A stretch of DNA of 64,000 nt from Nitrospirota bacterium (GTDB lineage: Bacteria > Nitrospirota > UBA9217): contig CAVVOB010000028.1 of the NCBI GenBank assembly GCA_963749655.1, forward strand, positions 128,001 through 192,000, written 5' to 3'. Below are positions 30,253 to 41,400 of the stretch, in pieces. The position numbers were made by a program, and so were the translations under genes. Numbering within the stretch: the first letter of the stretch is position 1; every line of letters starts with the position of its first letter. The notes below the pieces were generated by a model. It searched no databases, was not told the DNA's origin, and saw only the letters and a list, made by a program, of their open reading frames with translations.

Positions 30253-31352
30253 CAGGCGAGAGCTCATACCGGCTGGGGGATTTCCGGATCATCGTGTACG
30301 ATGACGTCCTACTTCGATGGGAGCGCCACGCGGCGCTCGGCATGGCGCAATCCGGGCGGTGCTATCTGCTGGGAGACGTGCTTGTCATCGGGGAAAAGAA
30401 CCGCGACGAAGACGGCTTCCTGATCGGCGAATTCCATGACATGCTGCAAAAGTTGCCGGCCTGGACCATGACGCGCTACTATTGCCATGCCAGCGGTTTG
30501 CTCGACACCGGGACCGGACAGAGCATCAACGGGAAAGCACTGGCTCGTTTTTCATTCCCTGCGAACGGGAGCGCGGCCCGGTCGAAGAAGGAGCTGCTCG
30601 CGGGTCCCGGCGAGTACCGGCTCGGCCATTATCAGATCACGGCCGTTCCCGGGGGCGGGATTTCATGGAAAGCCTATGGAGACGGGCACAGGATCGTGAG
30701 CGGGTCCTGCAGCATCGAGTCGGGCATCCTGGTCGTCGGACCGCGTGAGCGCGACGACCCCGGCACGGAACAGCGGAATTTTTCCGACAGCCTGGCACAT
30801 CTGCGGCCGTGGAACGAAACCGCGATCTGGTGCCACGCTTCCGTTCTTCAGCAGTGCCGGGATATGCTTCAGAAGGATACTGATACAAACGAAGTAAATA
30901 TTGTTACATCCGGGAAAATCCCCCTCGCCCAACCCTCTCCCCGCTGGGGAGAGGACAAAGGTGAGGGGCAAGGCAGTAACAAACCTAAATGCGTTTGTAT
31001 TAACAATGTCGGAATGAACAGGCTTTGTGCGGGATTGCTGAACCACCCTGTCGGGAGCAGACCGGCGCTGCGGATGAAAGCGCCCGAAGAGACCGCACCT
31101 CCTCTCCACAGGAAAACGGCAGACATTGACCGCTTCAAACGAAGGTCATTGCTGCTGTTGATGTCGGGATGGACTGCGCTCGTAAACGCCTGGCAGCGCG
31201 CGCAAAAAGGGATGGTGTGGTTGAAATGGCCTGTTGTGCTCCTCGTCGTACTGGTGCTGCTCGGCTTGACCGCGGCACTCATCATCGCCGGGAAGGGCTC
31301 CCACTGGATGCATGACCCCGGGAAGCACCACCACGACCACCACGACGACTGA
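30249..31352 (+). CDS. Hypothetical protein: duplicated N-terminal domain, C-terminal TM helix, His-rich tail
   Basis: YRLG...SG.C....LV.G...L..W...C occurs twice; tail HWMHDPGKHHHDHHDD; ATGA overlap with the kinase. Confidence 0.7.
   Translation: MTGESSYRLGDFRIIVYDDVLLRWERHAALGMAQSGRCYLLGDVLVIGEKNRDEDGFLIGEFHDMLQKLPAWTMTRYYCHASGLLDTGTGQSINGKALARFSFPANGSAARSKKELLAGPGEYRLGHYQITAVPGGGISWKAYGDGHRIVSGSCSIESGILVVGPRERDDPGTEQRNFSDSLAHLRPWNETAIWCHASVLQQCRDMLQKDTDTNEVNIVTSGKIPLAQPSPRWGEDKGEGQGSNKPKCVCINNVGMNRLCAGLLNHPVGSRPALRMKAPEETAPPLHRKTADIDRFKRRSLLLLMSGWTALVNAWQRAQKGMVWLKWPVVLLVVLVLLGLTAALIIAGKGSHWMHDPGKHHHDHHDD
30880..31003. mobile_element. 124-bp MITE/REP-like element inserted in frame in a CDS
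   Basis: Inverted ends CTGATACAAACG..TTGTTAC / GTAACAA..CGTTTGTATTAA; internal palindrome CCCCTCGCC..CCTCTCCCCGCTGGGGAGAGG..GGTGAGGGG. Confidence 0.7.
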
Positions 31353-31495
31353 CCTCATAACCCCCACCTTGACGAATTGATACAGTGAAGAACGAATACC
31401 TGCAGGACTCGTGCGCGCAATCGAATATTCCCAATCCAAAAATCGTATCTTTCAGTATGTTATGCGGCAAAACGATTCCCGATAAGACGGCGCTT

Positions 31496-32239
31496 TCAAT
31501 ACAGCTTCCGGCAAGATATCCCCGCTTTTTCAAAAGACGCACGCAGCTCCTCTCCCTTGTCCTGCAGAAAATCCTCGCCCCTCGCCTGCTCCATGCCGTA
31601 TTTTTTATATGCCCAGTCTGCATAGTGGTAATTGTACCGGTCTATCAGGACATGATCCACTTTGCCTTTTAAGAGATCAACGAGCCCCTCGGCATGAGGA
31701 AGCAGAGGCGCGATCATGACGAATGTCGATATGCCCTCGTCATGAAGGACCTTCAAAGCCTCGACCCGCTCGGCTATTGCAGGAGCGCCGGGCTCGAAGA
31801 TCTTCCGCACCTTCTCATCAGCTGTCGTGATGGTGAACCCAACCTCAACGTCCGCTGCTTTCTTCAGGAGGTCGATATCGCGCAGCACGAGGGGGGACTT
31901 TGTCTGGATCGTGACCGGCCATTTATTTTCAACGAGGATTGTGAGGCATTTTCGGGTCAGCTCGTATTTCTTTTCGAGATATTGGTAAGCATCGCAGACC
32001 CCGCTGATCCAGACCCTGCCCTTCTTCTTTTTGTTCACCTCCCGGGCCAGAAGCTCCGCTGCGTTCACCTTCACATCTACAAAGGCGCCCCAGGGCTCCC
32101 GATGGCGGGTGAATCGCTTCATGAACTTCGCGTAGCAATAGAGGCAGTTGTGCCCGCATCCCACGTAGGCGTTCAGGGCATACTCGTAGATCTGCGATTT
32201 CGAAAGGATGGTCTTTGCATGGATCTCTTTCACGATCAT
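31496..32239 (-). CDS. Radical SAM protein, SplB/Rv2578c-like
   Basis: GCGHNCLYCYA (CxxxCxxC), VDVKVNA, DAYQ..EKKY.LTR, QTKS, FEPGAP. Confidence 0.9.
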   Translation of the reverse strand: MIVKEIHAKTILSKSQIYEYALNAYVGCGHNCLYCYAKFMKRFTRHREPWGAFVDVKVNAAELLAREVNKKKKGRVWISGVCDAYQYLEKKYELTRKCLTILVENKWPVTIQTKSPLVLRDIDLLKKAADVEVGFTITTADEKVRKIFEPGAPAIAERVEALKVLHDEGISTFVMIAPLLPHAEGLVDLLKGKVDHVLIDRYNYHYADWAYKKYGMEQARGEDFLQDKGEELRASFEKAGISCRKLY

Positions 32240-32558
32240 AAGACATTATACAACAGAAGAGTCGGAAGATCAGGAGAGACGTTGCCCCGTTCAACTCAGC
32301 AGGTATGCTAAAAGGATTTATCGAGATCATTTCCCTCAGAACTGTTACCATGTCCCGACATCTTTTCTTCACCGGCGATTTGACGCGCATCTATTTTGGG
32401 AGTGCTTACATTCCGCATTCCGCATTTTTTTCCCCTTCGTCTTTTCTCGCTGCCTCCCCGGCACCCTTCATTTTTGCTAGAATTTATTAAGGGAGAGCAC
32501 GAAACGCACTCGGTCCGAAAAGCTTCGCAATCCTTGCATCACGACGAAAGGAAACGAT

Positions 32559-33050
32559 ATGAACATCGAGATCTCTGACAAAGAATACCGCGACCTGCTG
32601 GATATCCTGCACATAGCCGACGTGGTCATGTCCGGACACCGGAGGGAAGAAGACGGCCGCACCGCGCGGCACCGGGCGCTGATCCAGAAGCTCTACGGCC
32701 TCGCGCACAACGAAAGCTTTGACCGGCTCATCAGCTACAACGAAAGCCGGAACAAATACGTCCCGACCGGAGATTTTGAACAGAACACCCTCGCTCATAG
32801 GGTCATCGACGAGTACGGAGACCACCTCTTCTGGGACCAGCTGATCTCGCGGCTGTCGGTCCGGGATGCGGCGCTTATTGCAGGCGGGATGGACCAACTC
32901 AACGCCATGAATGACAACGACCGCGGGCAGGTGGAAGGGCCGATCCGGCAGCGGTACATCGAGGAATTCACCTCCCACGGCGTTGCCAACCTGGAGATCC
33001 TCGAACGCTTCGGCGCAGGCAATGCCATGCCGATAAAGACGTCGGACTGA
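32559..33050 (+). CDS. Hypothetical protein
   Basis: 163-aa ORF with typical codon bias and GAAAGGA RBS. Confidence 0.75.
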   Translation: MNIEISDKEYRDLLDILHIADVVMSGHRREEDGRTARHRALIQKLYGLAHNESFDRLISYNESRNKYVPTGDFEQNTLAHRVIDEYGDHLFWDQLISRLSVRDAALIAGGMDQLNAMNDNDRGQVEGPIRQRYIEEFTSHGVANLEILERFGAGNAMPIKTSD

Positions 33051-33340
33051 TCCCGAGACCGATCGCGGGCAACCTGAGCCGAGAGTCTCTCATTCTTTTC
33101 AATCTGTCCCTCGCGCCAGTCTCTCTCAGTTTGAAAACTGTGCCGTCCCCGGAAATCCCTGCAGAACCCCTGAAAACCGATTTTTTTACCCTCTACCTGA
33201 TCTGTGCATGCTAAGCAGCACTTTAAAGGTACTGCCCGTATGAGCTTTCGCTGACAGAATGAGACGGTTGTTCAAAGTGAGCCACCGTATTTGATCAGGT
33301 TGTTCGGTGCGTGTGCAATTTCTTCGCGGCATCTCTCACA

Positions 33341-33386
33341 AATTCAATAGATTAGCGACAAAAAATGTTGTGGCACACCGCTTGCT
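33341..33386 (+). promoter_or_regulatory. sigma54 promoter with IHF-like site
   Basis: TGGCACACCGCTTGCT at 33371-33386; ATTCAATAGATTA at ~33342-33354 (one mismatch to the IHF consensus). Confidence 0.75.
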
Positions 33387-33672
33387 AATATCTGTGTTGG
33401 TTGTACATTGATTTCTGGCCATCTTTTTTTTTTGAAAAAGAAGACGATCCTCAACAATTGTCAATTCCCCATTATAGGTAATTTTATATTTTACTCTTGA
33501 TGATCAAATTGCGGCAGAGACCGCATGAGCTGGGCGGTTTGCAATATTTACGGCACTGGAAGGCGAGAACAGGTCGCCCTTGATGCGGTTCGTCGCCGCC
33601 TTTACCATTTCAATTTTTTTACTCGGACAAGAGGAAAGGAGTTTCCCCACCATGAAGAAAGGAGAACGGATT

Positions 33673-35887
33673 ATGAAGAGTAGAATCGCGCTTTTCAGCA
33701 TTACAGTGTTGACGCTTCTCGGTACGACGATGGCAGGAAACGGCAGTGCCAGCACCCTGGTGCAGCAGACAGCGCTTCCGGGCGCGTGCGTTCCCCAGTT
33801 TGCGGTTTCCCTGCCTGTGTTCGGGCCGGCAGGATCCATCAAGCCGCGTAGATGCGGACAAGCATCCCGCACTCACCGTGACGATGAAGGAGATCGACCA
33901 GCAGGTGCTCCCTTCAGGCACGGACACCTGCGGGATGGGCGTGATCTTCGGGAAGACCCGGGTCTGGGCCTATGAGACCACTGATTCGTTCACGAACAAA
34001 GTGCTGGGGCCTGCAAACTGGCCCGCGGTCACGGTCGAAACGCTGCGCGGGGTGCCCACTCTCATGAAGTACGTGAACAATCTCCCGAGCTTCGATTCGA
34101 CCAATCCCACAGGCCCGGGCATGGTGCAGGGACTGGTATCGGTTGACAAGACGCTCATGTGGGCCGACCCGCTCAATGTGGGAATGATGAATCCCTGCCT
34201 GGACAACCCGCTGGGAGCGGGGTGCAACCAGCCCTACACCGGGCCGGTCCCGGCTGTGGTGCACCTTCACGGAGGCGAGATCTCCTCGCTCTATGACGGC
34301 GGACCGGAGGCATGGATGACGCCGGACGGCAAGACCGGAACGGGCTTTTATTCCCTCTACAACGCCGGAGCAGGCAAGGCGGTTTATGCCTATCTGAACA
34401 GGCAGGAGCCCGGGACCCTCTGGTTCCACGACCATGCCATGGGCGCGACACGAACGAACGTGTACAGCGGCATGGCGGCCTTCTACTTCCTGCGCGACTC
34501 GAAGAGCGAGCCCAACAACCTTCCGCAAGGACGCCTATGAGATCGAAATGGCGATCCAGGACCGTCAGTTCGACACGAACAGCCAGCTCTTCTTCCCTGA
34601 CGGGAGCGATGCACTCTGCGGCACAGGACTGGCCGGCGATCCCTGTTTGAACGGCGCACCCGGCAACCCGACGGTCCATCCTTTCTGGATCCCCGAATTC
34701 TTCGGCGACGTGGCGATCGTAAACGGCGCACCCTGGCCCTATTATAATGTCCAGCCCCGGCGCTATCGTTTCCGGATTCTTGACGGGTCGAATGCGCGGT
34801 TCTACAATCTCAATTTCGGAGCAGCTAAGGTCTACGCAATCGGGTCCGACGGCAACTACTTGAACAAACCGGCGGCTCTTGCGAATCTGTTCATGGCGCC
34901 GGGCGAGCGCTATGATGTGATCGTGGACTTCTCCGGACTCGGACGGACAGACAATCACGGTCACGAACGACGCCAAGGCACCCTATCCCGACGGCATGTC
35001 GCCGGTGCCCTACTCGAGCGCTTCATGCACAGGAGGCACCTGTCCGGCTGATCAGCCGACCATGGCGAACATCATGCAGTTCCGCGTAAGCTCCGCGGCC
35101 GTGAGCGACTCGAGCTGCAACCCGACTGTAGCGGGCAACTGCACACGGCCGTCCTCGATCGTTGCCCTGACCGACGGAGCCGGTCACCTGGCGTCGGGTG
35201 TGAAGATCGACAAAAAACGGCAGCTTATCCTGAAGGAGTACGAAGACCCGGTGACCCAGACGCCTGTCATGGTGCTGGTAAACAACACCATGTTCGATGG
35301 TACGCGTTCGGCAAGCATCGATGCAGAATTCGGAACGGACGGCGTGAGCGAACTGCCGCAGCAGGGCTCGACCGAGCTCTGGGAGATCATCAACCTGACC
35401 GTGGACGCTCACCCGATCCACACCCATCTGACCCAGTTCCAGATCGTGAGCCGTGAGAGCTTCACGGACACCTACGTTGCCGACTGGTCTGCGGCATTCG
35501 GAACAGGGCCAACCCCGCTGCCGACGACGTGTACGGCGGGACAGTTCTGCCCGGGGTATGGACCGCCGCTTTCCTACAGCACGCTGAACGCTGACGGCGC
35601 TTTGGGCGGAAACCCGGCCATCAGCCCCTACCTCATGGGCGATGTGACGGCTCCGGCGCCTGAAGAAGCGGGCTGGAAGGACACGGCAAAGGTCATGCCC
35701 GGCCAGGTGCTGAGGCTCGCTGGTCAGGTATGTGCCGAGCTCGACTCCGCTTGTGGCCAACCAAACCTACGCAGGACAGAACAAATACGCCTTCGACCCG
35801 ACCAAGGGCGACGGATACGTATGGCATTGCCATATCATCGACCATGAAGACAACGAAATGATGAGGCCTTTCAGGGTCGTGAAGTAG
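33673..35887 (+). CDS. Multicopper oxidase (CotA/bilirubin oxidase-like), about 4 frameshifts
   Basis: VHLHGG, WFHDH, HPIHTH and WHCHIIDHEDNEMM copper motifs in successive frames; signal-like N-terminus. Confidence 0.9.
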
Positions 35888-35926
35888 TAACGGAGATGGC
35901 GGCGAGCGCAGGAGAGGAAGCAAATC

Positions 35927-36684
35927 ATGAAGATGAAATGGATTACACTCTCGATCGTGAGTACGGGCCTGGCTGGCTTCCCTGGCCCTGGCCGGTGAAC
36001 AGACCATGCTCAAGGACCAGAAGGCAAGAGACAGCTACAGCCTGGGCTACCAGTTCGGCCGACAACCTGGCCGGTCAGGAAGTGGAGCTTGACAAGGAGG
36101 TCCTTGTCGCCGCAGTGCGCGACGCGCTCGAAGGCAAGAAAGCCCGTTCTCAGCCTGACTGAGATTGATGACACCGTAAAGGAACTGCGGCGCAAGGTGG
36201 TTTTCCTGCAGGGCCAGCGGACCCGAGAGCTGGCGGCCAGGAACCTGGAGGAAGCGAAGTCGTTCCTTGAAGCAAATGCAAAAAAAGAAGGCGTTATAAC
36301 CCTCCCGAGCGGACTGCAGTACAGAGTCATCAGGGAAGGGAAAGGGCAGGGTCCGAAAGCGACCGACGGCGTCAGGATGCGCTACCGGGGGACGCTCGTA
36401 AACGGCACCGAGTTCGACAACGCGGCAAAGCCACGCCGACAGCGATGTCCCGGTGATCCCGGTCTCAGGCGCGCAACAAGGGCTGGTCCGAGGCGCTTCA
36501 GCTCATGAAGCCGGGCTCCAAGTGGCAGCTCTTCGTGCCCCCGCAACTGGGTTACGGGGAACAACAGGTCGGCCGTGTTCCTCCGAACAGCGTCCTGATC
36601 TATGATCTGGAACTGCTGTCCGTTGTGGACAGGTCTGCCGCGGGCAAGGCTTCGGCTGCGGGGTCCCGGGAAAAAAGGAATTAG
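35927..36684 (+). CDS. FKBP-type peptidyl-prolyl isomerase (Mip/FkpA-like), frameshifted
   Basis: SYSLG, FLEANAKKEGVITLPSGLQY, YRGTLVNGTEFD, GWSEALQLMKPGSKWQLFVPPQLGYG. Confidence 0.88.
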
Positions 36685-36749
36685 CAAATCAGGGTCCGGG
36701 AAGTATACGGGCCCACATCAAGTCACCAGTGATAAAGGAGGTTAATACT

Positions 36750-37274
36750 ATGAATTTTTTTAAGATAAAATGGGCAGTATTGAGCCTGGGAGTACTCCTG
36801 CTGGCTGCGTGCAGCAGCGGCAGCGGCAGTTCGCCCTCTGGCAGCTCCATAGTGATGACCGCTACCGATGCGACGGGAGCACAGACGACGTTTGTTGCAA
36901 CCGACGCCAATTCGCTCTTCTCGGCCCATACGAACACGACCGAGAACAAGACCGTCATCGAGGTCTGCAGTGATGTCGACAAGAACAATGATTGCTCGAA
37001 AGTGATGATCATGACCATCGACGGGACCACGGCCCAGAAGTATACGATGGATTCTGCCGACGCTCTGTCGCAGATCGTCTGGCATAGCGACGATCCTGAA
37101 GGGTCATTCACGAACCACTATCTCAGCAGCGCAGGCGAGATCGGTGTCGAGAGCATCAACGACACAACAGGCGGATTCGTGGCAGGCACGATAAACGCCA
37201 CCCTCGAATGCAACAGCGGCTGCAGCGGCACCGCCACCGTGTCCGGCAAATACCAGATCGCTCTCGGTCAATAG
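36750..37274 (+). CDS. Hypothetical lipoprotein
   Basis: LLAAC lipobox, Ser/Gly linker, AAGGAGG RBS. Confidence 0.8.
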   Translation: MNFFKIKWAVLSLGVLLLAACSSGSGSSPSGSSIVMTATDATGAQTTFVATDANSLFSAHTNTTENKTVIEVCSDVDKNNDCSKVMIMTIDGTTAQKYTMDSADALSQIVWHSDDPEGSFTNHYLSSAGEIGVESINDTTGGFVAGTINATLECNSGCSGTATVSGKYQIALGQ

Positions 37275-37310
37275 AAACCCGGATCAACACGAGTGAGCAC
37301 GGCTTTCAAA

Positions 37311-37342
37311 GGCCGGGGATCAACTCCCCGGCTTTTTCTTTT
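37311..37342 (+). terminator. Rho-independent terminator
   Basis: GCCGGGGA-TCAAC-TCCCCGGC followed by TTTTTCTTTT. Confidence 0.8.
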
Positions 37343-37450
37343 CCCTAGTTACATACGCCCTGAATTTGACCCGTCTGAATTGCCTCATTCCAAAATCCCT
37401 GTTGATGCCCTCCATGCTATACTTGAATCATCATTCTGTAATCGCCTTCC

Positions 37451-39159
37451 ATGACAGACGACCTCAAACACAGGATAGCCGCAGCTCGGGGCCTTGAGAA
37501 AGCCGACCTCGTATTGAAGGGCGGCAGCCTCGTCAATGTATTTTCCGGCGAGATCTACGAAACCGATATCGCTGTCGTGGACGGCAGGATCGCGGGCCTC
37601 GGCGGGTACGACGGCCGCACGGTCGTCGACGTCTCATCGAAATTCATCCTTCCCGGCTTGATCGACAGCCACGTGCATGTTGAAAGCTCGATGCTCACGC
37701 CTGCCGAGTTCTGCAGGGCCGCGCTCCCGCACGGTACCACCGCCGTAGTCGCCGATCCCCACGAGATAGCGAACGTCCTCGGAAAGACCGGGATCCGGTA
37801 CATGCTTGCCGCGTCAGAAGGCCTTCCCCTGGACTTCTACTTCATGCTTCCGTCCTGTGTGCCCACCTCTTCACTCGAGACCTCGGGCGCGCGGCTTTCG
37901 ACAGCGGACCTCCTGCCGCTGCTCAAACACAGACGGGTGCTCGGCCTGGCCGAGATGATGAATTATCCCGGAGTGCTGAATGGCGATCCCGGCGTACTGC
38001 GGAAGCTCAAGGCTTTCTCCGGCGCAGCGATAGACGGCCATGCGCCCGAGGTTTCAGGCAATGATCTTTCAGCTTACGCAGGCGCGGGGATATCGTCGGA
38101 CCACGAGTGCACGACAGCGGAAGAAGCACGGGAGAAAGTCAGGCTGGGCATGACGGTCTTCATGCGCGAAGGCTCGGCCGCCAGGGACCTCGAGGCCCTT
38201 CTTCCGGCGGTTACGCCCGCCAATGCGCAGTTCTTTACGCTGGCAACGGACGACTTCCAGCCCGGCGAGCTGAAGCAGGGAAGCATCAACCGGCTCGTTC
38301 AAAAAGCCGTGCGCTTCGGCCTGGATCCCGTCACGGCCGTCCGGATGGCCACCATCAATTCGGCGCGCCACTTCGGGCTCCGCCGCAAGGGCGCGGTGCT
38401 GCCGGGATACGATGCCGACATGGTCATCGTCAGCGGCCTGAAGGATTTTTCCGTGGAAAAGGTCTTCAAGCTCGGGAAACTGGTAGCCGAGGGAGGGAGC
38501 TGTACCTGTGGCGTCAGTCGCATACAAAGCGCCCGGGCAAGGGAAACGGTCAGGACCGGACCGATAAGCATACAGGACCTCCGGATAAAAGCAAAGACGC
38601 GTCACGCCAGGGTCATCGAGCTAATCCCGAACCAGATCGAGACAAAGTGCTCCATCCTGCCGGTGACCGTACGGGACGGCCACGTTGTCTCCGATGTGCA
38701 GAGTGATGTTCTCAAGCTTGTCGTTATCGAGCGTCACAAGGCTACGGGCAGACGGGGGCTCGGCCTGCTCAGGGGCCTCGGGCTCAAGACAGGCGCTCTT
38801 GCGGCAACCGTGGCCCACGACTCGCACAACATCATCGCCTGCGGGGTCGCTGATGAAGACATCGTTGCCGCTGTATCGCGCCTGCAAAAGATCCGGGGCG
38901 GGCTCGTGGTCGTGAATCGCGGAAGAGTGATTGCGGAAATCCCCCTGCCCATCGCAGGGCTCATGTCGGAAAGCCCCTTGACTTCGTCGTCAGCAGGCTT
39001 GCGAAGATCGATTCAGCTGTCAAGGAGCTCGGCGCCACGATCGAACATCCCTTCGGCGTGCTGTCGTTCCTGGCCCTGCCGGTCGTGCCCGAGCTGAAGC
39101 TCACGGACCGGGGGCTCGTGGACGTGAAACAGTTCAGGATCGTGGACTTGTTTGTTTGA
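37451..39159 (+). CDS. ade: Adenine deaminase, frameshift near 38980
   Basis: IDSHVHVESSM, ADPHEIANV, AEMMNYPG, DGHAP, SDHE, AHDSHNII; C-terminus LSFLALPVVPELKLTDRG in a shifted frame. Confidence 0.93.
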
Positions 39160-39295
39160 AAAACACACTCTTGTGTCAAGATGCGATTTGTCTTTCTTTG
39201 CGACTTGGCGGCTTTGCGCGAGACATGCCTTTTTGTGAAGTGTTTGTATTCTCTACTGCAGAACCGCCTACATCGCGGAAGGAATAACCCAGCGT

Positions 39296-39818
39296 ATGAT
39301 CGAGATCGAGGAAATACTTTTCGACGAACAGGCAATTCGCGGCAAGGTACGGGAGCTGGCGGTGCGCATCGCGCACGACTACGCAGAGCAAGGACCTCGT
39401 TCTGGTCTGCATCCTGAAGGGAGCGGTCGTTTTTTTCGCGGACCTGATGCGCGAGATACCTTTTCCCGTGGCAGTCGACTTCATCTGCGCGTCGAGCTAT
39501 GGCATGTCTACGACCGCGGCGAAGGAAATACGGATCAAAAAGGACATTGAAGCCGATGTGCGGGGACGGCACGTGCTTCTCGTTGATACGATTATCGATA
39601 CGGGAGAGACCCTCGCATGCCTGTTCAAACGCTTCGCGGAAAAGGAACCGGCAAGCCTCGAGGCCGTGGTCCTGCTTGACAAGAAACCGCGCCGGAGCGT
39701 CGAGGTAGCGGTCAAGTACCGGGGGTTCGAGATCCCTGACCGGTTCGTGGTCGGCTACGGCGTGGACTGCGCGGAGCAGTACCGGAACCTGCCCTACGTC
39801 GCGACAGTCAAAACATGA
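39296..39818 (+). CDS. hpt: Hypoxanthine phosphoribosyltransferase, frameshift near 39388
   Basis: ILKGAVVFFADL, VLLVDTIIDTGETL, FVVGYGVD.AEQYRNLP. Confidence 0.9.
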
Positions 39819-39957
39819 CGGCAACAGGCGGCAGCAAGCTCCACTACTTCGACGTCGTATATTCAAACAGGCAGGCAACCAAAGATGAGCATAGATAAAC
39901 ACCGATGAAGGGAATTTACATCAAAAGTGAATCGAGCCGCCGACGCAACGTCTCGCC

Positions 39958-41106
39958 TTAAAGCTTTTTCTCATAGATCCGGTATTTTTTGTAAAGCTTT
40001 CCGCCCATGACTTCGCAGCCTTTTTGCATAAGGACGTTGTCCTCCAGGATCCATGACATTTCCGCGCGCTCGTAGCCTTTGCGCCTGGCCGCCTTGAACG
40101 ACTCAAGGTAGAGCAGTCCCTCGATGCCCCTCTTCCGGTACTCTTCCTTCACGCCCGTGGTCAGGACGCGAATATCCGATATTTTTCTCGAATACCATAA
40201 AAACTTCATAATGCCCAGGAGGCCCAGTCTGCCGTTGATCCTGCCGAGGACCTGGTTGTAATCCGGCACGGCCATGAAGAATCCTGCCGGATTGCCGTTC
40301 ACCTCGGCCAGGATGAGCAACTCCGGCGCAATGAGCGGTTTGAGCCGCTCGGCCATGGAGTCGATCTCTTCTTCGGTCATGGGAACGAAACCCCAGTTCC
40401 TGCTCCAGGCTGAATTATAGATATCCTTCACGATTTTGAGTTCCCGGTTGAAGTGCTTCATGTCTGCCGGGCGCACGACGAGACCCGGAACTTTCTTCCT
40501 GACCGCATCTGCCAGCCTTTCGAGCCTTTTGCCGGCCGATACGTCGGCAATCACCGAGATATAGGCGTAGAGGTCCTTGGACTTCGCCAGTCCGCACTGA
40601 TCCATGTACTCCAGATAATAGGGAGGCGTGTAGGTCATCATGATCATGGGAGGAGAGTCGAACCCTTCGAGCAGGAAACCGCACTCGTCGTTCGTCGAGG
40701 GATTCATGGGCCCGCGCATGACCTCCATCTTGCGCTCCTTGAGCCATGACGACGCAACATTGAGAAGCTTTTCCGCGATCACGGGATCGGGAAGGCATTC
40801 AAAGTAGCCGAAGAAGCCGGCCTGCTCGTTGTGGGTTTCGATATGGTTGCGGTCGATGATCGCCGCTATCCTGCCCACGGCCTCGTTGTTTTTGCGGGCG
40901 AGAAAATACGCGGCCTCGGCGTGCCGGAAAAAAGGGTTCTTGTTGCCGAGGACGAATTTGACATCGCTCAGAAGCGGCGGCACCCAGTTGGGGTTGCCGG
41001 CATAGACTTTCCAGGGAAAGCGTATGAATTCGTCCAAACCTTTTGCGCCGGATATCTGTTCGATCTTCACGCTCGATCCTGCTGCGGCAACCGCGGACAA
41101 CTTCAT
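39958..41106 (-). CDS. YghO-like GNAT acyltransferase, probable bacterial ceramide synthase (bCerS)
   Basis: WVPPL, VGRIAA, GFFGYFEC, MRGP, GF...P..M.Y.PPYY, NWGFVP, PDYNQ, EMSWILEDN; adjacent to spt. Confidence 0.75.
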   Translation of the reverse strand: MKLSAVAAAGSSVKIEQISGAKGLDEFIRFPWKVYAGNPNWVPPLLSDVKFVLGNKNPFFRHAEAAYFLARKNNEAVGRIAAIIDRNHIETHNEQAGFFGYFECLPDPVIAEKLLNVASSWLKERKMEVMRGPMNPSTNDECGFLLEGFDSPPMIMMTYTPPYYLEYMDQCGLAKSKDLYAYISVIADVSAGKRLERLADAVRKKVPGLVVRPADMKHFNRELKIVKDIYNSAWSRNWGFVPMTEEEIDSMAERLKPLIAPELLILAEVNGNPAGFFMAVPDYNQVLGRINGRLGLLGIMKFLWYSRKISDIRVLTTGVKEEYRKRGIEGLLYLESFKAARRKGYERAEMSWILEDNVLMQKGCEVMGGKLYKKYRIYEKKL

Positions 41107-41400
41107 CGCACACGGTTAAACCGGACACCAGTTTGATTTCGGGAATCGAGCTAAAAGGCTGAAAATGCATTCGACGGGATAACGGGATGAAATCTGGACG
41201 AGCGCCTTTGGGCTGGTTCAATCTTATAGATCGAACCAAACAGTATCGCATGGTTCAGGGTGCAAGCCTGAACCAGCCGGAGACTGAACAATCAACATAG
41301 GAATGTTAACCAGTCGATCCTGTTATCCTGTCACAAAGTTATTGTTTTCGGGTTCCTGCGTGTTTCGCGAAGCGAAACCCGTGGTTTCAACGTATGTGTT

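Noticed and set aside
33095-33180. GTCCCC-tipped sequence with short duplications as another transposase end
   Set aside because: Similarity to the GGGGTCAGAC family is low and no inverted partner was found.
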